Below, one piece after another: positions 1-25,783 of a DNA stretch of 64,000 nt. The DNA comes from Balanoglossus misakiensis (Eukaryota; Animalia; Hemichordata). The DNA lies in the NCBI GenBank assembly GCA_040954595.2, contig CM082592.2:7303677-7367676 (forward strand), read 5' to 3'. The notes beneath the pieces were generated by a model that was given only the letters and a program-made list of their open reading frames with translations, made no database searches and was not told the origin of the DNA. A program made the position numbers and the translations under genes. Numbering within the stretch: the stretch's first letter is position 1; each line of letters begins with the position of its first letter.

Positions 1-589
1 GAGAAATGTGGTGCGTCGTTGATGCGACCAAAGTCGGAATGTTGCGGCAATAACGGGTATACACTTTTCAATTTCTTATCGCACTGTGTGACGACGACCA
101 CAAACGTTCGTGTAACAGTTTGACAAGTTGCGGTGATTGCTAAGTGGTCGCTCGTTGAATTGAAGTTGCCTGCGACCTGACCACTGCAGGCGACTGACGT
201 GTATTATACTATAGCCATTTTCTTGACGTTGTGGCACTAGAGTTTCAAATGATTTCCTATATTGTATATTCTCACCCCGACATGTTTTAGTGTTTTATAT
301 GTGAGCAATAAAACGTGGTGAGTCAACTCATGCTGGCATCATTTGCGTGTTGTTGTGTGTGTGGGGGGGGGGTTGTTGGGTTGTATTAAAAAGGGGTATA
401 TTTTTCACTAAGAAAAGTACGTTGCATATAAAATCTGACTTTCTCGAATCTGACTTTTTCTGTCATTCTCAAAACGTTTATAGTTCCAGTACGTCCTTTT
501 CGCAAAGTTCTGTTGCATTGCGCCCTCATGCGAGCGCCGTCTCGAAAATGAAAACGAGGCTACACATTCCTCGGAAGCTCAAAACCAAA

Positions 590-1642
590 ATGGCAGACGA
601 AGCATTAGCTAAGGCAGGGTTACATTTCGATGAATTGAACAAAGTACGAGTTCTCGAGCCAGAAATTAATGGACAGACGACAGAGCTCAAAGAGGAGTGC
701 AAGGAGTTCGTAGACAGTAAGTGTTAATGGTTGGACAAGTTTCTCTGTCGAGAAAGATTCCATTGACAATGTTGTTGACATTTGTTTATTTGGATGCTAG
801 TTACACCACATAACCACCGGTGAGTTTGAAATGAATTGTGTCCATTGACAGACACTTTCTTCATACTCAACAGAAATTGCCGAATTTCAGAAGATCGTGG
901 GAAGTTTTATAGATGTTGTTGACAAGGTGTCTAAAGAAGTGGAGAGAGAAAAAATGAAGGTAATCGTGAGGTTCATGTTCAAGATTTTTTACCATTGGTA
1001 AACTGTTCACCATATACAGAGATGTACATGTATCCCATGTGAGTTAATATGAGTATGTAATTGTGTAAACAGAAAAATTTGGCAACAGTCGCATCGTAAA
1101 AGTAGAAAATCAATGCCATTGCTTTTATGTTGACAGGCTATTGGATCCAGAAATTTACTAAAATCAATCGCCAAGCAGAGGGAGGCACAGCAGCAACAAC
1201 TGCAAGCTCTCATAGCAGAAAAGAAAACACAGCAAGAAAGGTAACTTTTGGTTATTAACCCTTTCACCCCCAGTTCCCGCTTTAGAGGTCCAACTTTACC
1301 ATCGAAAAAAGTGGGTTTGGACTGAACCATGGTGATGAAAGGGTTAAACTTGATTAGGTGGGCGATGGCCAACTTCGTTCCCCAACATGCACCAATCAGC
1401 TGTTGTGGTTCAAGTCACCTGACCGCAGTTTTAACTTTCAGAGATATTTAAATGTACATATTCAAATTGTGATGCCATTTATGGTATGTGCATACAGTGT
1501 AGACATTACAGGTCCGCGTATTTTCACAAAATATTAACTGATGTTCTCTGCGTTTTACAGATACAGAATGCAATACAATTCCTTGGTGAAAGAGGAAGCG
1601 GAACAGAGTGAATTTATCGAACAGTTTATTCTTCAAAAGTGA
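590..1642 (+). CDS. IFT20: Intraflagellar transport protein 20 (132 aa, 4 coding exons)
   Basis: Exons 590-716, 874-959, 1137-1240 and 1561-1642 have GT-AG boundaries and total 399 nt. The protein [25 protein letters not shown]...[10 protein letters not shown]...[34 protein letters not shown]...[10 protein letters not shown] matches the IFT20 family as I recall it. Confidence 0.96.
1255..1347 (+). mobile_element. ~90-bp MITE, family 1 (TTAA-CCCTTTCA...TGAAAGGG-TTAA; piggyBac-like), in IFT20 intron 3
   Basis: Terminal inverted repeats with TTAA on both sides. The internal core GGTCCAAC..TTTGGAC..AACCATGGTG is shared with the other copies. Confidence 0.8.
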
Positions 1643-2186
1643 AAAAACAAAGATGTCATCATATTGTCCGTCCTTTGGCCTTGTGTACAGTTTACCTTTG
1701 GGTCATTTCAGAAGTCAAGATTTGATGTACTTTTTCCTTTTTTGAACTTGTATATTTATGCATAATGTTGTATATAACCGGTAGAATAAAATGCAAAGAC
1801 ATAACTTTGACAGCTTCATGACTGTCACTACAGGTATTGTGTAACAGTTAGTGAAATAGCCGTCACCAAAAACTCTTTTCCAGTCAAGCGGCAGTTTTGT
1901 CCATGTGAATGTGTTCATTCACATTGATGAGGTGAACATTTTGTTTTTCTGGAAATTCAGTTGAACATCCCTGGGTAGCAAATATGCCTAGTACCATGAT
2001 TGCTGTGGGATGTCATAAAATTGTTTCTTTGTAGGAATGTAAATATGATAATTATACAATGCCACTCATGGTCCATCACTCGGCCAGATTACACACAGAC
2101 ACAAAACATGGGTTTAAAAGATATTTATTTCTAATTCGTCACTGACTAAAACACAGGAATGTACATTTTAAAATCAACACATCAAA

Positions 2187-3400
2187 CTAAAGAAACTTCT
2201 TATGATCTGTGCCAAAATCTTTGCCGAAGAGTGCGGAAAAGAGCAACAGCAGCGGCACTATCAAATACGGAGAATACACTGCTCCGAGGAAGAGTCTCTC
2301 GTGGATGGTCCCCGGTCCGGGATATTCACTCCGGGAGAAGTCGTGGAAGAGAATATGTGCCAGGATCGCGATGACCGTCGTTGCCACGTGACTGGAGTAC
2401 ACTATCAGTGGGACGCGTATTTTCTTGACTTGTCCTGAAAGTAAAAGTGAATAAGATTCTTTTCAAATTTGACTAGGCAGCTGAACGTCTTTATCTAGGA
2501 CAACATGGAAACACTGTACAACTGAATTCCTACAGAAACAAGATTCTTTTCTCCATCTCTCATAGTGACCTACTCTCGTCTGCAATATCACCGCGTCTTT
2601 CGAAATTCTCACCTTGATAGAAAGCACGCGCTGCGACAAAGAAGAACGGAAACTGGAACAGCAATTCGCAGATACAGAATGATTTGAACCAAACTGGGGG
2701 GTCCATCATCATGGGATCTTTAAACTTATGACAGTACCATTCTAGGGTGTCTGTTAGCTGTGAATTGGAAGAGGAAAGGCTATCAGGTTCAGTTAATTTG
2801 GTAGTGGGTGAGCTGGCAAAATCTATATTTCTTTTGGGGAGGGGGGGGGGGTCGGGGGTTCTTACGTTTTACATCAGTCACGAGCACTGATGGCTGTGAG
2901 TCACTATTAAACAGCTCTTTTTCTCTCCTTTCATCATTTAGCTTTCCGTCAAAGGATCCCTCATATAAAGTGTAATTTGTACAAATATATTTTTACTTGT
3001 AAAAACTTAGAAATTAGACTTAAAAATTTACGGCTGAATACACAAAACTCGTATTTTTTTAAAATTCAAATTGCGTGTTGAAGTTTACGTGGAAAGGTTC
3101 TGACTGACACGTTGCAATCGTAAATGATACCGTATAAATACATGATCACTGAACTTTGCAAGTCACACGAACAGGCGATATTGAGTTCAAAGGTCACCAG
3201 CTCTACTGTCTATGTGTACGTGTAAACGTACGGTATCACGAAAGCCTAGTTCGGTCTTTTGAAACAATCAGCCTCGTCTTTGCACTTACCATTTTAGGAT
3301 ACCATTCTTTAGGTAAAACCGACTGCGCGTCTATTAAGACTGTAATCGGAATGTGCGAGACGAAGTACAAGAGAAACACGGCGTTCAAGATACGAGCCAT
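2187..3400 (-). CDS. TMEM97: TMEM97 / sigma-2 receptor, EXPERA-domain ER membrane protein (167 aa, 3 exons)
   Basis: Exons 3400-3290, 2757-2613 and 2434-2187. The protein reads MARILNAVFLLYFVSHIPITVLIDAQSVLPKEWYP...WYCHKFKDPMMMDPPVWFKSFCICELLFQFPFF...YSSHVATT...ERLFLGAVYSPYLIVP and ends in a KKFL (KKxx) ER-retrieval signal. Confidence 0.93.
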
Positions 3401-4285
3401 CTTGGATGATCAGCTGGGGTGTCCGATGAAATGACCCCCTAGGTTGCTCGTAAATTCGTCATCTTCGCTACGTTGCGTCGTCGCCATGGTAGCAGTTCGC
3501 CTGCCAACCATGTTTGAGCTAAAACAATCTCGTTGACAGTGGGAACTAGTATATCTATGCATACTGTACCTACATCGTCCTTATTTCTTTATTATTTCGT
3601 CGTCCATATTGTTCCACAACTAATTACACCATTGATCTTTTGGAAGTTTAAAGTTTAGATGAAAAATATTTCCCTGATTTTGGGCATTGTTGATTCTCCT
3701 TGCTTTGTGAAGTTTATGGAATGTAGTAAAACTTCATAGAAACATGGCTTAGCTTTGCAAGGTATATGGGTGTAAAGTAGTAAATCACTCACACTGAACT
3801 GAAGTGGGAAAGAAAAAATGTTGGCTTTTATTCATAAATCGCATGGAATTCAGTTTATGTATGCCACAAATGTTACAAATCATGCAAAATTAAACAAAAA
3901 ATATACAAAACAGGTTTTTATTTGTCCTTGTAAGTTCTGGTTCTTGTGATTGGCAAATGAACTGTGGAGACAGACATGAAGAACGTGACTTTATTTGGCA
4001 ATTCAGAAATATTGTTGGCATAATACGTTGAAGAGAAGATGGAATTATCATCCGTAAAAGTCTGTAACCCCGTAACAGTAAATGCAAAATTTGGCAAATA
4101 GCTAGTAAGATGCACAATTAATGTTAGATAATATAATACAACATTTGGAAAGACTCAAGATTTATAAATGGAATCTTGCATATATATTTTTTATACTACA
4201 AAGAACATTTGTTCAGGATATTGACACTTCTTTCCATGACGAAAGTTAGCTTTGCAGAAAATAAAGTTCGTAATCTCGTGATGTT

Positions 4286-16847
<12,562 letters not shown>

Positions 16848-17494
16848 GTTAGATTTGTTTACAAATTACTCCCAAACAGAAACGCGACCCGTGAAAGTTA
16901 TTCCAAACAATCGCGTGTCAACTTAACGAACCATGATAAACATGATCTATTGTGGAATGTCAACGCGTCAAGTGCGGATATGTTTATCACAATTTTCAAC
17001 CCGAAAACACAACTGAACGATCGACACCTTCGGCACAGCTTGGTGATGACCTCGTTGTGTACTGTGGTAACGATGAACGCGTTCGACAAACGAACTTTTG
17101 AAAGTATTCTTAGGAAATTTCGTTACCTCTGCTTGAAGGATCACCGATATTTGACAATGCACGGGTGCCCAAGGACGACTAACGTCACCCAGTAGCGATA
17201 AAATCGTATGATTTTGGTCGTCGTTGCAGACGAACCGCCCGAATGCTAATGATGTTTTTGAGCGGCGTGTTGCTAAGGCTCGATAACCCCTTGACCTCTC
17301 TGTGGCTTTTAGAAGTACTTCCGGTGGTGTGATACACATGCGCAATATCAAACCAAGATAACTTTCAAGATGGCGCATACTAGGGTGGTGGAGATCTGTT
17401 CTGCGTCGCGGTGACTCATTTCCGACATGTAGCGGTGGTTTTCGAACGATCAAGCGTAAAAGAATAGTAGGGAAAATAAAGCCATACGCCAAGG
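16848..17494. promoter_or_regulatory. Bidirectional promoter region between EFCAB5 (-) and SSH (+)
   Basis: The divergent ATGs are about 650 bp apart and the region is CpG-rich. It contains an ETS-type ACTTCCGGT (~17317) and a YY1-type AAGATGGCG (~17367). Confidence 0.6.
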
Positions 17495-20400
17495 ATGGCT
17501 CTAATGACCGTACAGCGTTCTCCGAGCTCCAGCAACAGTTCCAGCTCCAACATTTCGGTAAGTAGACTTTCGTACGGGTGGGCGTAACGCAATACACACA
17601 CAGGGAAGTCCGACGTAAACATGACATCGACAGTGATCGTCTGCCGCATAACAGCACTGTCATCAGGGAAGTAAAAAGACAGCACCTGGGCGTCGACGGT
17701 TGGTTCATAAAAAGTGTCGATACATGTGTATTTTGAGTCTGATCTTTCCTGGCAGACAAGTATAATACAAGGTGCCTTGTTTTGTACTTCCCCAACTTCC
17801 TCAAAAGTTGTTCCTCAAAATCAAAATTACCCCCTCCAAGGATGCAAAGTGATTTTACAGATTTAGATTGTTAATATAAGTTACATTTGTAGATAGGATT
17901 AAAAAATGATCTTTTTTTTCAAAACTGTCTGCATCATTGCATGTTACTTTTAAAGTATGAAATGTACATATTATACATTTGTACATAGCAACATAGTGAA
18001 AAGAGGGAACACCTGGTTGAGGTATTTGTCCCCTTTGTCAGAGTAAAATCAAATCTTAGAATAGTAACCATCAAAGATCAGTGCTTTTATTTCATACGTG
18101 GAACAGAGGTTTCATGCAAATTAATTCCTGTAATGTCTGTACCTGTCTTGACACGAGCACTCCACATTATATCCCTAGCCGCGTCCTGCGTGCAGAGGTA
18201 TCACTTTACATTTGTAAATCAGGTGGGACCTACTGGATGACTCATGTTGCACAAGGTATTCCAGACTGTAACAGCAATGAATTTAGCATGAAACCTGATA
18301 ATTGCACCTACTGTACAAACCTGGGGTTGAAAGCTGTCGTTAATAACGCATTACCTGTTTTTAACACCAGCGCCATGGCTGTTAAAAGTGGGTAACACTC
18401 TTTCAAACTAGTCCCCAATAAGTAGTAGATGCAATTCTGTACACCTGTGTAAATTTAACCTCTTTATTTTCTCAGCATTGTAGACAGCGTATATACCAGC
18501 ATATAATTTGAAAGACGGGGAAGATATACTTTGTAAAACATAGACGTGCACGTCGTGTCGTACACAAAATGACCTTGTTGATATGAATTCACAATAATGT
18601 GTACTTTGTCGGGTCACATGGTTTTGCTAGCAAACAGGAAGGTTGGAGGAAGTTGATTGTTTTTTAGTTAAGTGCACATGGAAACTGTTTGTGGACAGAC
18701 ATAAACTTGAAAGCTTTCAGGTTGCCATGAAGAATGAAGGTCAAGGATCAAAGGTCAAATGTGAAGTTTCTTTCGAAAGGCACGGTTTTAATAAACAGTA
18801 GGAAGTATCATTGACATTGAGAAATTGCAACCATTGTTTGTCACAATCGTATCATGCAGCTTGGCTGTATCCATCCGGAAATGTGAATATTTGCGTGATT
18901 TATTACAATATTACATTGTCATAAAATGAATCATACAAAATTTGAATGAACTGCATTGCATTATTAAGTCAAGTAAACTCAAGTATGCGAAATCAGTAAA
19001 TTTTGTATTTTTTGAGTATAAATATTTTAGTTTCTATTCTAATGCATTCCAAATGTTGATTAAAAGTTCGCGTTATCTGAAATGGCAATTGGAATTCATT
19101 GTTCATCAAAAATTCATTCACGATCCGGGGTCAACCTTGTCAACTACTTTTAAGACACATATGACAGTTAGATTGATGTCATATATATTAATTTTAAATA
19201 AAACATAAATTTGTAACTGTTATTAAATGTAGCAGTAAGATTTGACTATCTGTAGTTACACTGTTGTAGAAATTGCAGATGTAACGCTGACAGAGTTTGT
19301 CAGATTTTAGTGCTATCTTTAGTAACATACAGTGAAGGTCCTTCCGATGAGTGCATTTCATACATGCACAATGCTCGTTTATGACGCACCGCTGTATAAG
19401 TTTATTGCTCCCTTTGTAATGCAGTGTGACAGCTTGATGGAAAACCTGATGCCATAAATAGTTTCCTCAAACCAAAAATGCTTTCGCCGATTTAATCAAG
19501 AGCTGTGAGTTTGCACGTCGCGAGAATAATCGGTTCAGAATGGACGATTGAGTTTCCGAATTCAAGAGTTTTCTCTCCTGAAAAGTAAACAACAGGGAAC
19601 CATAATTTGATTTGTCAAGTATTGTTGAAGCTGTTAGAAGGTAATTTCATGAGATGGGCCTGCAACATATAGGCCACTTGCACACTAACATATAATGGTG
19701 AACATGTAGATCTGAGATTTCATCAATCAAAATGTATATAAAAAACACCTGGTTTTTAGTATTTAATTATACATCTACATATCACACTCATCAGATGATT
19801 TACAGATATAATCTAGATCAAAGTGATCTGGTCTTACAAAAACTAGACAGTGACAAATGTTTCATATGAATATTTCTCCCCGACAAGACCATTACTTTTT
19901 GTATTTTAATTTTTTTTATATATACTGAGTGCATACAATATGTAGTCTCTAAATAATCCATCTGGACAGATGTGATTTACATACAATGCCGGACTGTTGA
20001 AATTCCATGAAAGCCTCTGTTGTCACGAAGACCAGTGCATTAGATAATAAGTTAGTACACCCAACCTGGTACACTATACCTTAAATTAAACAAACATGCC
20101 AACATTTTCCTGGCCGTAAATCCTGTGATAATTAATTTCGATCTTCCTCAATGCATTTTTGAAAGAATAAAAACATGTTTCAGCCATTCCATGTGAGAGC
20201 GATTGGGTTGGGCAAAAAGCTGTCGCGGGAATGAAGTGAGGTGAATGGGTCATATTACAAAGTAAACATAAAATTTATCATCTGCAGAGTTTTCTGAGAT
20301 TTGTGGATGCATTCAGAAGATCTACTTTATGCTTTGCGGGAGATCAAACAGTATCTGTGGTTTTTTGAAAAGTTTGGAAACAAATAACAGGGAAGGTGAT

Positions 20401-23400
20401 CTGAGAAAGGGTCGAGTTCGGTCTGATTTCAGGGGTTTCTGAAAACGCTGCCAGGAAAGCTGATATTTGCCGATAACGAGGGTGTAACACTCCAAAACTG
20501 AAGGAGGGAAGGAAAGCCACATCTGATAGCCGAGTCAACTACTTCTGAGTATTAGGATAGCATGTATCAAGTTCTGTTCTGTTATTTTTTTTCATCCTAC
20601 TTGACGGCAGATCTTTGTCTTCTAACTTGGCCTTGTGTTTTTGTACGTGTTTGATACGTGCACCTGACTGCATAGGAAGTCAATAGAGGGCGTACCCCAC
20701 TCACAGGTATCTGACTATAAGTGGTTCTTCTTGTCATAGTGTTGAATAGATGTGCTTGAACAACTCGGGCGTTTGGAACTAGCCAAGGGCAAACGCTTGG
20801 AATGCCTATGTTTGTATAGAAATCTTTTATTTACTTTTCCCTAGACCATATTGTGAGAATGATACAATAGGAGTCATACGGTATGATGGTATTGGGCTAC
20901 AGTTCTGAAAGTACTAAAAAAATCTTTACATCTTCAAGAATAGACAGAGTCACACACAGTTGTACAGTTTAGATAATTGTGCCTTCCTCTTTCTGTATTA
21001 CGTGTACCATTGTGCTCCAGCTAACACTGCTCAGGTGTCACAAATTGCTGTCGTTATCACTACATCAAGACTAGGGAGGGGGGGGGGTGAGTCATCGTTG
21101 GCTAATTCTCGCAGGGCTTCAGTGATTGTACTTGTACTAGTGAAAGATGTGTGATTGACTCGGATGAGTAAAGCTCAAAGAGTCAAAGCATGAAAATGAG
21201 AATGAATATTCTCATCTCTACGCATAATATATTGCAGTGGGTGAATCTTAGTTTACCAGTACAGTACGAGTGAAATCAAATGAAATGCTGCAAAATATTG
21301 ACAGAACTGAAATATACAGTACAGTGCATTTCACATTGACGTTAAGTATTCATCACCGATGGTTTTGGCTGTGCAGTAACATGGAGGGTTGGCAAAGTGT
21401 CTGACCTCACGGCCATCATTCCCTTGTGGTACAGCACCTTTTCATACCCTATACACAGTGTACTGGTATTTACAGAAGTACCACCACTTCACATTATTGA
21501 ACAAACCGGATGTGCACGTTTTCGGAACGTGAGGAGGAGGTGACAGGTCTTTTCAGCACTGAGCAAACTACAAAAAAAGCCAATCTTGTCTCCCTGCATA
21601 TATATCCCTCTATTCAGCAAACATAGTTGCGACGCATACCAGCGCTTACAAATTGGATTCCATGGTGGATATGTGTGACGTTCTTCATTTATTTGACAAT
21701 CCTCTGCGCCGTGCCACACATAGCTGGTTCAGAATTTCTCACCTGGACTGACGCAGACTCACACAGTTTGCTCATAATTATCTCTGCAAAACACTGATTT
21801 GCTAAATTCCCTCGGGGATATATGTCTGACTGCGTTCGTCTCCATGAGATAATCTTGAATTTTTGACTTCAAAGCTGCTTCCAAAATATCCCTCCAGAGT
21901 GAGGGTCAGTATAATTTAGGAGCCCCGGTGCATAAGCATGAGTATTGTGTGCTGTGTCTGAACTGCATTGTGTCGCAGAGGGTAATAAACTCGGTACAGA
22001 CGGGCACTGCTACCCTTTTATTCCCCGGTTGTAAGGGATTACTTCGCAGAAAGACAACATTTCATAAAAGATAAAGTAGGCTGGATTTAACTTAAGACTG
22101 GATGTGCGTGGCCTTCATGTGACAGCCATTGTCCAATGGAATGGGCCGGTCTATTGTGTTGTCAGGTAAATACATGTAGTGTTCTGTCGACTCTGTATAT
22201 ATATATGTATGCGAATTTGTGGTCACCCAAGCAGAACCACTAGGCAGTGTCATCTCGCAGGTCTAACTCCGGTTTTCCGCGGGCGGCGTAAAAAAGTCCA
22301 AGGACAGGAATCACGTCAGCGCTTGGCTGGTCCCATTGAGTCCGGATTTCGCTTCAACAAATGTTGTCCTGTTTATACGGATAAACGGGGAGAGAGATTC
22401 CCATCACAACATCTTTTTAGGGCTGATGTGAGGAGAATGATCACAGTGATGCTACTAGCTGTCACCTGGGATTAGCAACACTGAGACACTGTAGTCAGCT
22501 CTGTCTCTGCGGTAATTCTCCGATCAGATCTTCGAAAACGGGTGGACGTCTTGGACGATCTATCAGTCGGTGGTTTGACTAATGTCGCGAAGACAGACAA
22601 CGGGCTTCTGCAATCTCCCCTGCTTCTCAAATCTTGATCTAGTCTAAGAATTAGTTACATTTGAAGATTTCCACATCGATCGCCGCATCAGCCTGCCGTC
22701 TTTGATCCAGAGTCGCAGTCTCTCCCGGCTCATAGATTTTCCACCATGGCCACGACTGCTTCTCTCCGCCCCTGCCCGTTCACAGTGGCCGTGGAATACA
22801 GCAAACACTGCTACGATGTCCATGTGCTATCGCAGCTGACTTTCAAGGTGAGATACTCTAGCATTATGCAACTCAAAGACCACGTGTAAGATTCAGTATC
22901 TGTAAGTTGACCTGTTCAAAGGAAAGATAATAAGAAATTCTGTCCATTTTTCATAATTTTTCCTCTGTTTTAGAAAATCCAGTATGTCATCATTGTGTTA
23001 CTCTAAACTACAAGCTGCATTTCATTCAGCTGTGAAAATTTTAGCGCAAACTTTTTCATATTTTTTTCTGATTGCCAATCTTGTTACTGGTTTACAGTAA
23101 ACAAGAAAATGGTGGTGTCATATACATCTTGTATAATCAAGGCTAGTAATTTAGGATTTAGTGAGAATGTTTATGGATTGACAGTCTGACATTTGCATTG
23201 AAACGTGAAAACGTATTTACCACTGGTGTGTTCTTCTGTGGCACAAAGTTGTTTTGCATTGGTTGTGAGTATTTTTAAAAACAACCCAAAATCTGTGGGT
23301 GTGGAAATTGTTCTGTCACAGTTGTCTGAGCATGGACAATTTTGTTCCGTGGCAGTGAACGTTTTAGGAGATCGTCGCTATTGTACCAGGCACTTTAATA

Positions 23401-25751
23401 TCCACAGAGAAAACAGCCTTGACCCAGAAAATAGCCTTGTAACAGGGGTGTAGCTAAGCTTCAAAGTTGATCAACAACAATTTAAAAGCAGGTGTTAGAA
23501 AGTGATACGGGAATGAAAAGTGATAAAGGACTTAACCCATTCACCAGCATGGTTTGGTCCAAATCCATTGTTTTCTGTGGTAAAGTTGGACCTCTACACT
23601 GGGAAATGGGGGCGAAATGGTTAAGAGGGGAGGTAGGGTGTGTTCATTTGGGGGATGAGTCCAATTCTGATCCACACCCCCTGTTGTAACCAGGGAGTCC
23701 AGGTACCTGATACAGAAGAGCGGTTTTAAACAAAGGATGGAGTTCTTTAGACCGCTGTTGTAATAATAACCTGTGTGTTGGCTAAACAACCGCGGATCAA
23801 TTTGGAGTTGAGAAAATTTATGCCCTGTCGGTGACCATGCCTTTGTCACTTCGTCAGATGTTGGAAGGTTTGTTTTTTGTATCTGAATGCAAGCGTGGTG
23901 GAGAACTATTGAACAGCAGCATTCCATTCCAGTGCAATTGAGGAATGAATTCGTCAAGTATCTGAATATAGTAACATCATGTATCAGAATTTCAGTAGAA
24001 TTTTTCATTGTATTGGAAAATGAAACATGGACATGCTGTGGTTTTGGTAGAATTTGTCACTATCTTTAATAAGATTTGCACAAAGGAGTGGTGTGGCCAA
24101 AAGAATGGTCGATAAAACTAGTAAAGTTGGTAATTAAGCATTTATTTTATTACCCACCCACCCCGTTTCTCTCTGTGTGTGTGGATCCATGCAACCACAT
24201 CATCTGATTACCACGGGAATGAATAAAACTGGGTGTGAAAGCAGAAAAAAAAACAAGCCATGACAGAAAGCGAAGTGTTTATTGGGAGTGGCTTGGAAAT
24301 GCCTAAAAACCCAAAGGGCTTTAAAGTTCCATTCCAGTTGAGCAGAGCCTGGCCAATTTTGAGGCTTACTTTGAAACCACATCCATCAACGCCTTTGGGG
24401 GAAAATGGTGTTACTTTTAGAACTGAAGGCAGTGTGTGGTCAACTGCCAGGGTGATAAATCATCGGAAGTTCTTGCAGTGACCCAGACTTTTTAGAGTTG
24501 CAGGGTGACCCTGACTTTCGTTGAAAATGAATGTTGGGGCAGGAATGTGGGTCAGAGTACATCGTCTTTGACATTGTCTTTCAATATGAATTATGAGAAG
24601 TACGCTGTACTTTCTAATGTGATACATCTTGTATTTGTATTGATGTCGGTCAAGGTTTCTGTCGTAACAGCTCTGTAATAATACATGTATAATTTTTTTG
24701 CAACCACAACCTACATTGTACAAGTCCTGTCATGAAGCAAATGTCGAGATAGTTTGTCTATTCATCAAAAATCACCTTTTGAGTGATTTTTCTTGCCACA
24801 CCCCTGTATCTTGTCGTGTATTATAAAAGATGAATTTTTCTTGCGTCAGAGAGAATATATTTGCCGGTGACTCGTCATATTGGCTTTAGGGGCACCCAGT
24901 ACCCTGGATCGTTTAAGTAAATACCATATTGTTGAAGTATTGTAATACCTGTGAAAGATTCATATTGGCCATTGCTTTACAACAATGATAAACTCCAGAA
25001 TGAAGTCCCAGGTATGCTTTTACACAGAGCTGTCTAGGGTCAATTTACAAGCTAAGGCAAACATGAGAAAAAGTGAATCTTTTAAGTATAGCAGACATAT
25101 TGAAGCAAGCAAGAAGCTATATGTAGATCGCTTTCGTTTGAAATTTGGATTGCGTGCCTCGATAGGTCAAGGTTAATGGCTGACTGATTATTCATTTAGT
25201 TAATGTAGTTTTGTCCATCCATCAGTATTTCACAGTGTCACATCCATCCGTCAGAGCTTTAAAGTGTCACCGTTCATGTATGTTAGCATCCATCCATTTC
25301 CATCAGGATGGACTGCTGTGATGTGGTGTGTGATGTTAATAGTTTCCAATAGTTGTACACCATCAGTCTGGGTATGTGTCAACAAATTCAGTATTTGCAA
25401 ACAAGACTGTAAACATTGGTTATCCGAACAACAAACATTGGTTTGTGAGACTCGCACTTTCATGGAAAAGGGTAGGGTGAGGCATTTGTGTGTGTTTAAT
25501 ATGTATTTAACTATTTGTGTGACAGTGTCAGGCGAAAGTTGCTGGGTTTGGATTGATGGAGACTGAGAAATGATATTCAAGATCAGATAGTTATTGAGAT
25601 GTTTAATTTATTCATCATCATCATCATCGTCGTCGTCGTCGTCGTCATCATCATCATCATCTTCATCTTCATCACCATCACCATCACCATCACCATCACC
25701 ATCAGCATCATCATCATCATCATCACCATCATCACCATCACCATCATCATC

Positions 25752-25783
<32 letters not shown>

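Noticed and set aside
16968-17804. 278-aa minus-strand ORF across the EFCAB5/SSH promoter
   Set aside because: It has a non-ATG start and no recognisable domain, and it is antisense to SSH exon 1. It is probably chance openness in promoter DNA.
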